A stretch of 64,000 nucleotides of DNA from Macrostomum hystrix (taxonomy: Eukaryota > Animalia > Platyhelminthes). Position 1 is the stretch's first letter. Each line of letters begins with the position of its first letter. The translations under genes and the position numbers were made by a program. The stretch lies in assembly GCA_950097015.1 (NCBI GenBank), contig CATNEN010000038.1, positions 18,848,001 through 18,912,000 on the forward strand, in the 5' to 3' direction. The notes beneath the pieces were generated by a model. It saw only the letters and a program-made list of their open reading frames with translations, ran no database searches and was not told the origin of the DNA. Below, in pieces: positions 24,960 through 38,490 of the stretch.

Positions 24960-26075
24960 TTAGTATTGTCAATGTCAATCTAAGGGTATTGTCAATGTCA
25001 ATCTAGGGATATTGTCAATGTCAATCTAGGGATATTGTCAATGTCAATCTAGGGGTATTGTCAATGTCAATCTAGGGATATTGTCAATGTCAATCTAGGG
25101 ATATTGTCAATGTCAATCTAGGGATATTGTCAATGTCAATCTAGGGGTATTGTCAATGTCAATCTAGGGATATTGTCAATGTCAATCTAGGGATATTGTC
25201 AATGTCAATCTAAGGGTATTGTCAATGTCAATCTAGGGGTATTGTCAATGTCAATCTAGGGGTATTGTCAATGTCAATCTAGGGATATTGTCAATGTCAA
25301 TCTAGGGGTATTGTCAATGTCAATCTAGGGGTATTGTCAATGTCAATCTAGGGGTATTGTCAATGTCAATCTAGGGATATTGTCAATGTCAATCTAGGGA
25401 TATTGTCAATGTCAATCTAGGGATATTGTCAATGTCAATCTAGGGATATTGTCAATGTCAATCTAGGGATATTGTCAATGTCAATCTAGGGGTATTGTCA
25501 ATGTCAATCTAGGGATATTGTCAATGTCAATCTAGGGGTATTGTAAATGTCAATCTAGGGATATTGTCAATGTCAATCTAGGGATATTGTCAATGTCAAT
25601 CTAGGGATATTGTCAATGTCAATCTAGGGATATTGTCAATGTCAATCTAGGGGTATTGTCAATGTCAATCTAGGGATATTGTCAATGTCAATCTAGGGAT
25701 ATTGTCAATGTCAATCTAGGGGTATTGTCAATGTCAATCTAGGGATATTGTCAATGTCAATCTAGGGATATTGTCAATGTCAATCTAGGGATATTGTCAA
25801 TGTCAATCTAGGGATATTGTCAATGTCAATCTAGGGGTATTGTAAATGTCAATCTAGGGATATTGTCAATGTCAATCTAGGGATATTGTCAATGTCAATC
25901 TAGGGATATTGTCAATGTCAATCTAGGGGTATTGTAAATGTCAATCTAGGGATATTGTCAATGTCAATCTAGGGGTATTGTCAATGTCTATCTAGGGGTA
26001 TTGTCAATGTCAATCTAGGGGTATTGTCAATGTCAATCTAGGGGTATTTTCAATGTCTATCTAGTGGTATTGTCA
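24960..26075. repeat. 23-bp minisatellite (gggatattgtcaatgtcaatcta), about 48 copies
   Basis: Tandem copies visible directly. Confidence 0.97.
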
Positions 26076-26774
26076 TTGTAAATGACAAAAGGGATTGTCA
26101 TGGGATTGTCAATGTTGTCAATTGTCACTACTGTTAGATTGCATTAAGTTTTAAATTTTGCTGATTATAAGGCTTGTACGCTGGTAGTATTGTTAGTTGT
26201 TTCCATTTTCGCGCATTGTATAAATAGCTTCTAGGTTTGCTTAAGAGTAAAGATATATTTATTACAATTTACCTGCTTAGTTTATAATTTTCTATACGAT
26301 AAATTGCTTAGAAAAGAACATTTCTCAAAGCTGATAAAAAAGCTACAAATAAATCTAGGTAAATGGTTTTTCTGTACTTTGCCTCAGTTTTTCTTCGTAT
26401 TCTCTTAAGTTTTTTCAGAGATTTTTTTACTAATTGTCATCCTTTGTTTGCGTTTTAAAACAAAACTGTCAGTATGGAGCACAGACTCAATGGTACTAAA
26501 TCTATCCAGTTGACAGTGAGTTTAAATTTGATGTCAAGTCCAAAACTAATGTTAACTAACGACTTAGAAAACTGCTTTCAGTTATAGAAAACTGCACTTT
26601 GGTCTGTTTTGCTGCTTTTGTAAAAAATGCCTGTATTTTATATATCTATGCATACGAGTATATTGCTATTATTTTGTCTCGCAACAGAATATCAAATCGA
26701 TTTGATATTTTATTTATATCCATGAACACTCGTCTATTGTGTGTTTTTTATTAAACATTTATGAAAGTTTTCAA

Positions 26775-27130
26775 CGGGATTTAGATCCAAATCGAAGGCT
26801 TATTAGGGGATTAGATCCAAATCGAAGGCTTATTAGAGGATTAGATCCAAATCGAAGGCTTATTAGAGGATTAGATCCAAATCGAAGGCTTATTAAGGGA
26901 TTAGACTCAAATCGAGGTCTCATTATGGGATTATATTCAAATTGAAGGCTTATTTGGGGATTATAGTCAAATCGAATGCTTATTAGGGGATTAGACTACA
27001 ATCGAAGGCTTATTAGAGGATTAGACTCAAATCGAATGCTGATTAGGGGATTTGGTACCAATTAGACGCAAATCGGAGTTTTTTTTGTAAATTTACTTAA
27101 CTCAGAGTGATATTAGGGGATTAGAGTCAG
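26775..27130. repeat. 30-bp minisatellite (ttagatccaaatcgaaggcttattagagga)
   Basis: Tandem copies visible directly. Confidence 0.92.
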
Positions 27131-27411
27131 GAATAAAAGGCTTAAGTTGGTAGTTTTTTGCTAAGTATTCGAAGAATGTGGCAGATTCCTGGTATTCTTT
27201 TCACTGAGTAGTTCGTATAAGTTCATTTCTGAAGATTAGTAGCAGTGATTTACCTCAGATTTAAAACCTATTAGCTGGCTGTAATGTCGATGTTTCATAT
27301 TATGTTTCATATCGATGAAACGACCATTAAAAATGTCTCATTTCAGTTCAACCACAGCGTCATATCTTAGTTAGTAAATAGCCTAGAGGCACCCCGACAC
27401 TGATTATAAGC

Positions 27412-30400
27412 ATGTCCTCAACTGAATCTGTAGCCGCCCAGCAGTCGGCCACCTGCACGGCGCTGACTGGGCCAACTTCGCCACCACCCGACGCTGAAAA
27501 GTTCAAAAGCGAAGCCAATACGGCCTTCAATCAGGGTCACTACGATCAGGCGATTGCTTTGTACAATAAAGCCATAGACTTGTACGACAAATCAGCCATC
27601 TATTATGCTAATAGAAGCTTCGCCTATCTGCGCACTGAATGCTTTGGCTATGCCCTGTTGGATGCTAGTCGGGCCATTGCCCTGGATCCATCCTATATTA
27701 AGGCATATTATAGGCGCGCCTCAGCTAATATGGCGCTTGGCAAATTTAAACTGGCCCTAACCGACTTTGAACAGGTGCATCGGCGAAGGCCCAGCGATTC
27801 AGATGCCAAAGCTAAGTATAGCGAGTGCAAGAAGATTGTACAGCAGAAGGCTTTTGAGAAGGCTATCGCCTATGAGGAAAAGAGAGTGAGTTTAATACCC
27901 GTTTTGCATAATATTAATAATAATAATACTTGCAAGAGGGGTGTGGGCACTGGCACATCTTTTGGTGACACCAGACTCGCAGCCAGCGAGGAGGCGACAG
28001 AGCACACAGGCACACGCTCACACAGGTGTGTATATCTGCCCTGCCATCCCCATCGTCAGGTAGTGTGCACTCTCACTGTGCCTTGGAGTTGGGCCCTCAG
28101 TGGTGAAAATGGCGTGACATGCCACCAAGCCTTCTCCCCGCGGGTGCTCCTTAAATTAAGGTGGCCTAGTCACGGTATCGACCTTGGTGCGAGAGGCAAA
28201 CGCGTTAGACCGCTCTGCTACTCACCCCCAGAGTGCCACTACTAACAGTAGGATATGCAATAAGCTGAGATGTGCCAACTTAGATATATCTGTTTCTTCC
28301 AATATTTTAGGTGAGCCCGTGCGACGAGATTAGCCAATCCCTGCAGTCGATGTCTATCGAAGACAATTACGACGGTCCAAGACTGTCAGACGATCCCGAT
28401 GGCCCCAAGGTGACGCGAGATTTCGTTACGCAACTACTGGACTATTATAGAAATTCCAAGGTGTTACATAGGCGCTACGCCTACCAGATTCTTGTTGATA
28501 TGAAGGTGAGAAGTTTGCTTACTCAGTTTTTAACCTGTCGCTGTAAATGAAATTAACAGTAGTACTACCAAGGGGGGTGACTATTTTCTGTGCTGCACCC
28601 GAACGGAGCAACGCAAGCTCACGAAACTCAAGAGCACGGGCCAACCTTTTGTTGCGCATCTTCTGAAACAATAATCAAGTCGCCAGCTCTTCGATATTTT
28701 CAACAGTTCTGTCCGAAGGTCGGATTTTTCGCATAAGCGCTAGTGTATTTCATACACCCCTATACACGAATTAGCACTGCACCCTCAGTGCGGCCTTGCC
28801 AGGCCTTCGAAATTTATCAGCATTTCACCCGAATGTGCCTGCATCATCTCCGTCTTCGGTGGTCACCTACCTTTATCTAGATGGCTTTGCTGGATCTTCA
28901 AGGGCTACAACAGGTGGAAATAGGCCACTATGAACACACTTATGAACGCAAATTTCTCCGATTTCACTGATCAAGCGTAAATATTAGGCGCAGCTCAACC
29001 ACAGGACACAATGGCCTAGTTTGTCAACCAATCAGTCACCACCGAATAGCGTTTTGGCGCTGCCAAAATAAATTTCATGGGGAATTCCCCCCCCCCCATG
29101 GTATAAAAACGGGCGGCAAAACGGCTAGGTAGTCCTACTGTTAATGCAAGCATGAAATTGATTTATCTGTAAATAAATCAATTGTTTAGTATATGAAGAC
29201 TAGCAAAACTGCACCCCCTAATTGTAACCATAATCTGTAGGCCTTCTTATCGGCCGAGGCCACACTAGTCGACATCCCGGTGCCCGAAGGCACAAAATTC
29301 ACCATCTGCGGCGATGTTCACGGGCAGTTCTTCGATCTGCTAAACATTTTCGAGCTCAACGGCCTGCCATCGGAGTCGAATCCCTATCTATTCAATGGCG
29401 ACTTTGTTGACCGCGGCAGCTTCTCGGTGGAATGCATCTTCACTCTGTTCTCATTGAAGCTACTGTATCCGAAGTCATTCTTTCTGGCCAGAGGCAATCA
29501 CGAGTCCGAGTACATGAACAAGATCTACGGCTTCGAGGGCGAAGTGAAGGCCAAGTACACGGAAAAGATGGTTAGCCTGTTTCGCGAAGTCTTCAACCTG
29601 CTGCCATTGGCTCATTTAATTGACGGCCGAATTCTTGTCATGCACGGCGGACTGTTCTCATGTGAGTAGCAGCGCATTTTGCTATTTCCCTTTTAATCCC
29701 TTATAATTTAGCCTAAAATTTCTCCCATCGATTAACTTCAGCTGACGACGTTACTCTGGATGATATTAGAAAAATCAATCGCAACATGGACATCCCGGAC
29801 TCCGGCCCAATGTCCGAACTTCTCTGGTCGGATCCGCAGGATCTGCCCGGTCGGGCGCCGTCCAAACGCGGCGTCGCAGTTCAGTTTGGCCCGGATGTTA
29901 CAGAGAGATTCTGCAAGGTCAGAGCTGTTTATTGGTTAAATTCTTACGTTTAACGTGTGAGCTACATTATAAGGTTGGGATTTTACAATCCCAGATACTA
30001 AAATATCAGTGTTTGATTCAATCCTCCTTGATCCAAAACTTAGTATTATACCCTCCTTTATCCTCTAGATTTGGATTACATTCCCTCAGATTCCACATAT
30101 TTTTATTACGCTGTCCCAGATCCCACAGCTTGGGATTCTATTCGCAAAGATCCCACAGCTTGGGATTTCATTCGCAAAGATCCCACAGCTCGGGATTCCA
30201 TTCGCAAAGATCCCACAGTTCGGGATTTCATCCTCATAGATCCCACAGCTTGGGATTTCATCCTCACAGATCCCACAGCTTGGGATTCTATCACCACAGA
30301 TCTCACAGCTTGGGATTTCATCCTCGCAGATCTCACAGCTCGGGATTTCATCCTCACAGATCCCACAGCTTGGGATTTCATCCTCACTGATCCCACAGCT

Positions 30401-30878
30401 TGAGATTTCATCCTCCCAGATCTCACAGCTTAGGATTTCATCCTCTCTGATGCAATAAATTATTATTCCGTGATTTCTAATAGTGCTCAGGGTAAGTATT
30501 CTAACCTTTGATAACTTTTAGGTTAGGATTCTCCTTTCTAATATTCTCTTGTTTGGGATTCTACTCTTTTGGTCCCCAATTCTTCCATACTTAAAAAACC
30601 GATTCCGAAACAAAACCTGCCCACAGAAAAACGGCCTCGATTACATTGTGCGCAGCCACGAAGTGAAGGAGAAAGGCTACGAAGTGGCCCACTCCGGTCG
30701 TTGCATCACTGTATTCTCTGCCCCTAACTATTGCGACACAATGGGCAACAAAGGCGCCTTCATCACCATCACTGGCGGCAAGGATCTGTCGCCAAAGTTC
30801 ACCAGCTTCGACTGCGTTCCTCATCCGACTGTGCGGGCAATGGCCTACAGCAGCTCCCTGATGCAGCTCTTCTCCTAG
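27412..30878 (+). CDS. PPP5C: Serine/threonine protein phosphatase 5. Exons 27412-27885, 28311-28505, 29241-29661, 29742-29917, 30627-30878
   Basis: Three TPRs ([37 protein letters not shown]) followed by PPP motifs GDVHGQ, GDFVDRG, RGNHE, HGGL, LLWSDP, SKRG, RSHE, FSAPNYC; exon phases are consistent. Confidence 0.97.
27915..28228 (-). mobile_element. SINE family A copy in PPP5C intron 1
   Basis: Reverse complement of the family A body; aataataat tail at left, A-box at right. Confidence 0.75.
28557..29140. mobile_element. TTAA-flanked MITE, copy 2 (PPP5C intron 2)
   Basis: ttaa|cagtagtactacc ... ggtagtcctactg|ttaa; body homologous to 3680-4341. Confidence 0.8.
30117..30450. repeat. 30-bp minisatellite (tcccacagcttgggatttcatcctcacaga)
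   Basis: Tandem copies in PPP5C intron 4. Confidence 0.93.
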
Positions 30879-31459
30879 GGGGGGGGTGTTGTCCCCTGGA
30901 GTTAATTTAGGGGAATATTGCTGATGCTGCTGCCTCCTTGCGCTTGCTGTTAAAAACCGTAGTTTATTGTCCTTCTCTAGCATCTATATTTTTTTAGATC
31001 TAATAATAATTGAACTATTGATACTATAGGCTAAACATAAGCTAGGTAATGTTGTCTTAAATGTGTTCGCCGCATTCAACAATTATTTTTTATTCACGGG
31101 CTTATTAAATGTATTAAATTAAATTATTTTAAAGGAGTATATTTCAGCAGGATTTTTAGTTTTTTCAAAATAAATAATTGATTGCTGTGTGACATACATG
31201 TGTCGTTCACTGTATGAACGATGCGTGTGAACGAGGTTAAATTTCACTTTCAAGTGCAATTTAGTGCACTGTACTTCCTTACCTTAGTCACAATTTAGGT
31301 AGTTGTTTTTTAACACGTCTCTCATAATTAACAGATTTAATGCCTATTTTTGTTTGCCAATTTAAATTTATCTTATTTAAACATTCAGTCAGGCAAGCAT
31401 GTGTTTAAGTTTTCCTTCCATTATAAACTTATAAAACTTATAATTCACTGTTACCGACT

Positions 31460-31930
31460 CTAAACAAACCCCACCACCTCAAATGTACACTGCCTAGCCA
31501 TAAACAAACCCCACCACCACAAATGTACACAGCCTAGCCATAAACAAACCCCACCACCTCTAATGTACACTGCCTAATGATAAACAAACCCCACCACCAC
31601 AAATGTACACTGCCTAGCCATAAACAAACCCAACCACCTCTAATGTACACTGCCTAATGATAAACAAACCCCACCATCACAAATGTACACTGCCTAGCTA
31701 TAAACAAACCCCACCACCTCAAATGTACACTGCCTAGCCATAAACAAACCCCACCACCACAAATGTACACTGCCTAGCTATAAACAAACCCCACCACCTC
31801 AAATGTACACTGCCTAGCCATAAACAAACCCCACCACCACAAATGTACACTGCCTAGCTATAAACAAACCCCACCACCTCAAATGTACACTGCCTAGCCA
31901 TAAACAAACCCCACCACCTCAAATGTAGAC
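31460..31930. repeat. 40-bp minisatellite (taaacaaaccccaccacctcaaatgtacactgcctagcca)
   Basis: Tandem copies visible directly. Confidence 0.95.
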
Positions 31931-33072
31931 TTGCAAAAACATTTCCCCTTTTGTCAATATTAAGCAAAATTCTATGAATTTCCCTAATTTAGTTATAATC
32001 CCTCTCAAAACAATGGCATGATCGCTGCTTTTCTAGCCAGTTAACCGGTGTTTTGTTAGTGCTCATCAATTTATGGTTTTCCATCTGTATTGGTCTATTT
32101 TCAGTATGAATTGGTGTGACCTTATCTAGATAACTTCTACATGTTTTAGTCAGTAGGTTTCTAATTTTAAAAATTAGAAAATTACTTTTCACTTGGGGAT
32201 TTTTTTTGATTTACCGTGGTTTCTTAGAAAGCTTTATATCAGCATCAATATATTATACAGTGATCACTCTGTTTTTTAGTTTGTTTATTTTTGTTAGAAT
32301 TTGTTAGAAAATTAATCTTACTTTTGCAATATATGTCTAAAAATGATCGACAACTGACAAAAGTGCTCACACTCCACCTTATTTATGATACTTATAACGT
32401 AATATAGTTAGCGGATATATCTTGGTTACTTTATGTATGCGTCTGGAGTACACGTTCTACCTGTATGCGCCTATCTAAACCTATTTATCTTATTAGCTAT
32501 TTGAGCAGTTTCTATTCTGTCTAAACCCCTTAGCTGTCTCTATGTAATGTGCCTGCCGCATTGTGCCCTCTTTCTGGAATGTTAGACATATAATTAGTTG
32601 ATTTAATTGTATCTTAATATAGTCGGCAATCAATTCCAACTTGGGATAGAAAAAATACACTTTCCTGAAAAAATAACTTTTTTTACCGCTGATTCAACTA
32701 CGAGTTATATTCCGTTTTTATTGATTTACTCTCAACTTCTACTTGGATAGTTCGGTTATAAATCTAAGTAAGAAGTTGGTGAGCCGGGTAGGTGGTTCCT
32801 TCTAATTTATCCATCTCCCCTGTCTTATCTTTCACGGTGTTCCCATTGTCTCATCTCTACCTCTCATCTCATCTCTGACCTGTCTCATTCTTCCCCTAAT
32901 CGAATCTCTCCTCTGTCAGTTCGGTCTTCTCACGGATTGTTTCTGTTGCAGGCGAGACATTTAAGCAAACAAAAACCAGTATTAAAATATTTAGTTTTAA
33001 ATGATTTTGTTCATTTTTGCAGAGAAGCATTTCGGACTATATTATTGGTAATAATTTGCACCCGGAAAAGCA

Positions 33073-36000
33073 ATGTCTTCCAACAGCTGCAGCCAATCAG
33101 CATCGCCCTACACTGGCCACTTCGCCGAGAATTTCTATTGGGGCAACACTCTAGGCGAGGGCGGCAATTCCATTGTTAAATTGGTCTATAATCCTCAGAC
33201 TGAGCAGAGAATGGCTTGCAAAATTTTCGACTCAAAAGAGCCGCCTAATAACAATGGCTACGAAGCTAATAGGCAGGATAGGCTGAGACAGGTGCGCAAA
33301 GAGTACATGATGCTCAAACTGGTTGAGTCCAGTCCGCACGAAAACGTTTGCAAATTCCTCGGCGTTAGACAGGCCGACGACACTTATTTTATGTTCTTCG
33401 AATTATTAACTGGCGGCGAACTGTTTAACCACATTGTGCCGGATGTTGGCATTCCGGCCAGCCTGGCCAAGATGTACTTTGTGCAGATTTGTCGAGCCAT
33501 CGGCCATCTGCAGAGTCTGGGCATGGCCCATCGGGACATCAAATGCGAGAACTGTCTGCTAACCGGAGATCTGCGAACTCTGAAGGTCACGGATTTCGGC
33601 TGGGCTACAATCTACCGGAGTCAGGTGAGAGTGCTAAAGTTATTTTATCAAGATTGTTTATCTTAATTAATGGGGTTGCTGTTTTATTGAAGAATTATGT
33701 ACATTGAAATGGCATGTTTTATAATACCGATGTAGCTACTTTGGGGTGGATAGTGGGCGGTCCCTAAGTTCGATTCCACGGCGAGGCCACATTTATTTGG
33801 GGCGCAGCCGCGGAAAGAAGGCTTGGGGGCTTGTCGTGTAATTTGCGCCCTTTAAGGGACCAACCTCCAAGGCTCAGTGAGAGTGTACACTGCCTGACGA
33901 TGAAAAAGTCAGAGCAGATTTACACACCTGTGTGAGTGTGTGCTCAGGAGTCAGCGGAATGGGCAGAATTGCCACCTCGCTGGCTGCGGGTCTAGTGTCA
34001 CCAAATGGTGTGCCAGTGCCCGCAGCCCTCCTGCAATTATTATTATTAATACCATGCAATTCTAATCAGTCCATGTATTCTAATTGCCGCCATCGTACAG
34101 GGCGTTGTCCGCACCCTGGTTGGCGTGGCCGGCACCGAGCCGTACATGTGCCCGGAGATGCACGCCCCGGACAGGCCCTACAGAGCCGAGCCGGTGGACT
34201 ATTGGTCGGCCGGTGTTGTTCTAATCGCTATGCTAACTGGCGAGATGCCCTGGGATCGGGCGCACTCATCGGAGCCTCACTTTGTAGCCTGGGTGCAGGG
34301 CAACAATCACCTGATGCCGTTTGATAGGCTCACAGCCGAGCAGCTCACCTTCCTCCGCCGGCTGCTGTGCCTGCGGCCTAGTAAACGGCTTTACGGCGAA
34401 GCCGTGCTGCAGCATCCCTGGATTCGATCTCGCGACCTACCCGAACCTACCAGGGCTAGGGGTGTGACGCCACAAGCTAGCAGTTCCCAGGTGAGTCCCA
34501 GGTGATTTGATTCCCAGAGAAATTACGATTAAGTATCTAGCAATATTGACTCTAATATTGCTATTGCTAATCCTCTAATGGAATTGGCTATAGCAGGTAA
34601 TCCTCAAATGGGATTGACTCTAACTGTTAATCCTCTAATGGGATTGACTCTAACAGTTAATCCTCTAATGGGATTGACTCAATGAGTTGATCCTCAATCT
34701 TGGATTGACTCTGACTGTTAATCCTTTAATGGGATTGACTCTAACTGTTAATCCTCTAATGGGATTGACTCTAACAGTTGATTCTCATTCAGGTATTAAG
34801 TCTAGATAGTTAAATCCAAAATCAGGGATTAATTCGGACAGGTTATTTTCTAATAGGATTTACTAGTTTAAGTAGTTCTCTATCAGAGAATAGAACAGGT
34901 AATCCTGAACAATTATAATGGCACCAAGCTCAAACGGACTCAAATAGACATTCCTCAAACACATAAACTTGCAGTCCGTGGCCTCTTCATTCAACCTGGC
35001 CAGATCGGATCCCTACTCAGGCCCGGCCCTGCTCAGCCCGAGCGTGTTCGCCGCCCCAATCGAGTCGCCAGAAGAGGAGGCCGCAGCCGCGGCCGCCGCG
35101 GCGGCAGCGAAGAATCCGCCCCAGATGACCGGTGGCTTCACCCAGCCGGCCAGGTTGCAGGCTGTTGCTCCGCTTGGCTGCGCCACCCAGGCCGCTTTGG
35201 CAGCCGCCCACAGTCCGGCTATCACAGCATCGCAGCTGGATTCGGATGAGATGCAGCCCATTGGCCTGCACCGGATGGCGCTTCGACTAACCAGATTCTT
35301 TACAACCACGGACGCAGCCGCCACCCAGGAGGAGCTGTTGAAGGCTCTCGGCATGGTGTCTGAACTGCGAGTCACCCAACAGGACAGGGGAGCGATTCAC
35401 GTGAGTCGATCAAACTTTCAGCCTGCTTGAGTCATACTTCACCCACTTGAGTCATACTTCACCCACTTGAGTCATACTTCACCCACTTGAGTCATACTTC
35501 ACCCACTTGAGTCATACTTCACCCAATTGAGTCATACTTCACCCAATTGAGTCATACTTCACCCACTTGAGTCATACTTCACCCAATTGAGTCATACTTC
35601 ACCCAATTGAGTCATACTTCACCCATTTAAATCATGCCTTACCTACTTGAGTCATACTTTACACGATTGAGTCATACTTCACTCACTTAAGTCATGCTTC
35701 ACATCACACGATTGAGTCATACTTGACACGATTGAGTCATACTTCGCATGATTGAGTCATACTTCGCACGATTGAGTCATGTCTCACCACTTAAGTCATA
35801 CTTCGCACGATTGAGTCATTACTTCCCTGATGGAGTCACTACTCTCTGATAGAGTCATTACCTCATTGATTGAGTCATTACTCTCTAATTTAAGTAAGTG
35901 ATTACTTGTCTGATTGAGCTATACGAAACCTAATTGAATCGTTTAAATCCTTTTCAAGCTTCAAGCGCCATTAAGATGACCTAATCAGCTAAAAATATCC

Positions 36001-36373
36001 CTCATTGGCACAGGTGACTACCACCCTACCCGGCACTTATCCGGTGTCCTTCAAAATCTGTCTCTACCTGGTTCGCTCGTCAAATATTCTGGTTGAATTT
36101 CGACGCACCGCCGGCAGCGGCCTGCGTTTCAACCAGCTCTACCAGCGTCTGCACTCGCTGCTGAAGCACATCATCAGTCAGGATGTTGAACTCTGCGGCC
36201 TTCTCCAAGCGGCCGCGGCGAAGACGGCCGCAGCAGCCGCGGCAGCCACCGCCGCCGATCCTTCGAATCCGGCTTCCTCTGCCGCCGCCGATGGCAACGC
36301 CAGTTTTATGGACTGCACCGAAGATACGGACACACCTATGGGAGCCAACTCTATGGACGATGTTGTCATGTAG
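33073..36373 (+). CDS. CHEK1: Checkpoint kinase 1. Exons 33073-33624, 34101-34490, 34975-35400, 36014-36373
   Basis: Kinase domain with GGELFNHIVPDVGIP, HRDIK, DFG, GTEPYMCPE, YRAEPVDYWS, GEMPWD; C-terminal FTQP (CM1), RLTRFF (CM2) and KA1-like ILVEFRRTAGSGLRF. Confidence 0.9.
33750..34050 (+). mobile_element. SINE family A copy in CHEK1 intron 1
   Basis: B-box gttcgattcc, family body, ttattatta tail. Confidence 0.78.
34570..34790. repeat. 30-bp minisatellite (ggattgactctaactgttaatcctctaatg)
   Basis: Tandem copies visible directly. Confidence 0.88.
35428..35880. repeat. 20-bp minisatellite (gtcatacttcacccacttga)
   Basis: Tandem copies in CHEK1 intron 3. Confidence 0.93.
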
Positions 36374-36469
36374 GTGTCCGCTGACACCCTCTCATGCAGA
36401 TAAGTAGACGCCTTGCTAATGCAAGACTAACCTAGGTTCTACTGGACAGTGGACACCTCGAGACTAACC

Positions 36470-36975
36470 TTGGCACTAGTGGACACCCCTTGACACCTAA
36501 GACACTAGTGGACACCCCTTGACACCTAAGATACTAGTGGACACCCCATGACACCTAAGACACTAGTGGACACCCCTTGACACCTAAGATACTAGTGGAC
36601 ACCCCTTGACACCTAAGACACTAGTGGACACCCCTTGACACCTAAGACACTAGTGGACACCCCTTGACACCTAAGATACTAGTGGACACCCCTTGACACC
36701 TAAGACACTAGTGGACACCCCTTGACACCTAAGATACTAGTGGACACCCCTTGACACCTAAGACACTAGTGGACACCCCTTGACACCTAAGACACTAGTG
36801 GACACCCCTTGACACCTAAGACACTAGTGGACACCCCTTGACACCTAAGATACTAGTGGACACCCCTTGACACCTAAGACACTAGTGGACACCCCTTGAC
36901 ACCTAAGATACTAGTGGACACCCCTTGACACCTAAGACACTAGTGGACACCCCTTGACACCTAAGACACTAGTCG
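36470..36975. repeat. 29-bp minisatellite (cactagtggacaccccttgacacctaaga) just after the CHEK1 stop
   Basis: Tandem copies visible directly. Confidence 0.95.
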
Positions 36976-37714
36976 TCACCCATAGACACCATAGACACAA
37001 AATCGAAGTGCAACTTACTTGCAGTTCTAAATTCAACATCCACTATCTTTTATTCAGAAGCATTACTTTGAATTGACTTTTTTTCGTTCTGGCGAGGCAT
37101 TTGTGTTGCAAATCACTTTTAATACCGTCTCTGCTATTTAGTTTACAAATCATTTTTATGATCTACTTTACGATGTCAATTTTTACTCACAGTCTCAACT
37201 AAAGCATTTCGCCTTGCTCTCATTTTTTTACTTCTATACTCACAGTAACTATCGTTAGTTATGCGTCATTTAATCCCTTTCCTGGTGACCATCTAACTTC
37301 ACCCAGTGAATATCATTTTAATATCTAGTTGCTTATCATGTTACTTGCTAGTAGGCTACTTCGATTCGATATCAATTGTGTGCTAATATTTGTATGCATT
37401 TCTTATCCTTATCTCTATCGGTGCTGTCTGCACGGTGTGCTGAAGCTAATTTTTGCTGATATTTTTAATTGATATTTAAATCTATAGTTGAGTTTTATTA
37501 TTTGCTATTAAAGTTTCTAACAATAGTAAAACGAAAGTAACATTCTGGCTTATAAAATTTGTGCTAGACGACGACACACGAACATTGTTATCAATCAGTC
37601 TGAATGTGCTATATTTGTACGCCTTCTATTAATTTATACATAATAAGGCGAGTAGAGGGGAGTGATGAGGTCAAAGAGAGAGGAGAGGCTGACGGATCGG
37701 AAGGGGTGAGAAAG

Positions 37715-38490
37715 GAGGAGAGGCTGATGGGAGAGTAGAGGCTGGGGGGATAGTAAAGGCTGAGGGGAGAGTAGAGGCTGGGGGAAGAGGAGAGGCTGAG
37801 GGGAGAGTAGAGGCTGGGGGGAGAGGAGAGGCTGAGGGGAGAGTAGAGGCTGAGGGGAGAGTAGAGGCTGAGGGGAGAGGAGAGGCTGGGGGGAGAGTAG
37901 AGGCTGGGGGGAGAGTAGAGGCTGAGGGGAGAGGAGAGGCTGTGGGGAGAGTAGAGGCTGAGGGGAGAGTAGAGGCTGAGTGGAGAGTAGAGGCTGGGGG
38001 GAGAGGATAGGCTGAGGGGAGAGTAGAGGCTGAGGGGAGAGTAGAGGCTGGGGGGAAAGTAGAGGCTGAGGGGAGAGGAGAGGCTGAGGGGAGAGTAGAG
38101 GCTGAGGGGAGAGTAGAGGCTGAGGGGAGAGGAGAGGCTGAGGGGAGAGTAGAGGCTGGGGGGAGAGTAGAGGCTGAGGGGAGAGTAGAGGCTGAGGGGA
38201 GAGTAGAGGCTGAGTGGAGAGTAGAGGCTGGGGGGAGAGTAGAGGCTGGGGAGAGAGTAGAGGCTGGGGGGAGAGGAGAGGCTGAGGGGAGAGTAGAGGC
38301 TGGGGGGATAGTAAAGGCTGAGGGGAGAGTAGAGGCTGGGGGGAGAGGAGAGGCTGAGGGGAGAGTAGAGGCTGAGGGGAGAGTAGAGGCTGAGGGGAGA
38401 GTAGAGGCTGGGGGGATAGTAAAGGCTGAGGGGAGAGGAGAGGCTGAGGGGAGAGTAGAGGCTGGGGGGACAGTACAGGCTGAGGGGAGA
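37715..38490. repeat. 18-bp purine-rich minisatellite (ggctgaggggagagtaga)
   Basis: Tandem copies; explains the SPQPLL ORF. Confidence 0.95.

Noticed and set aside
24960-26075. Regular repeat arrays as possible CRISPR arrays
   Set aside because: Head-to-tail repeats without unique spacers, no cas genes, eukaryotic context.
27886-28245. C-terminal extension of the 277-aa TPR ORF
   Set aside because: Read-through into PPP5C intron 1 (an antisense SINE); the donor at 27886 joins exon 2 in frame.
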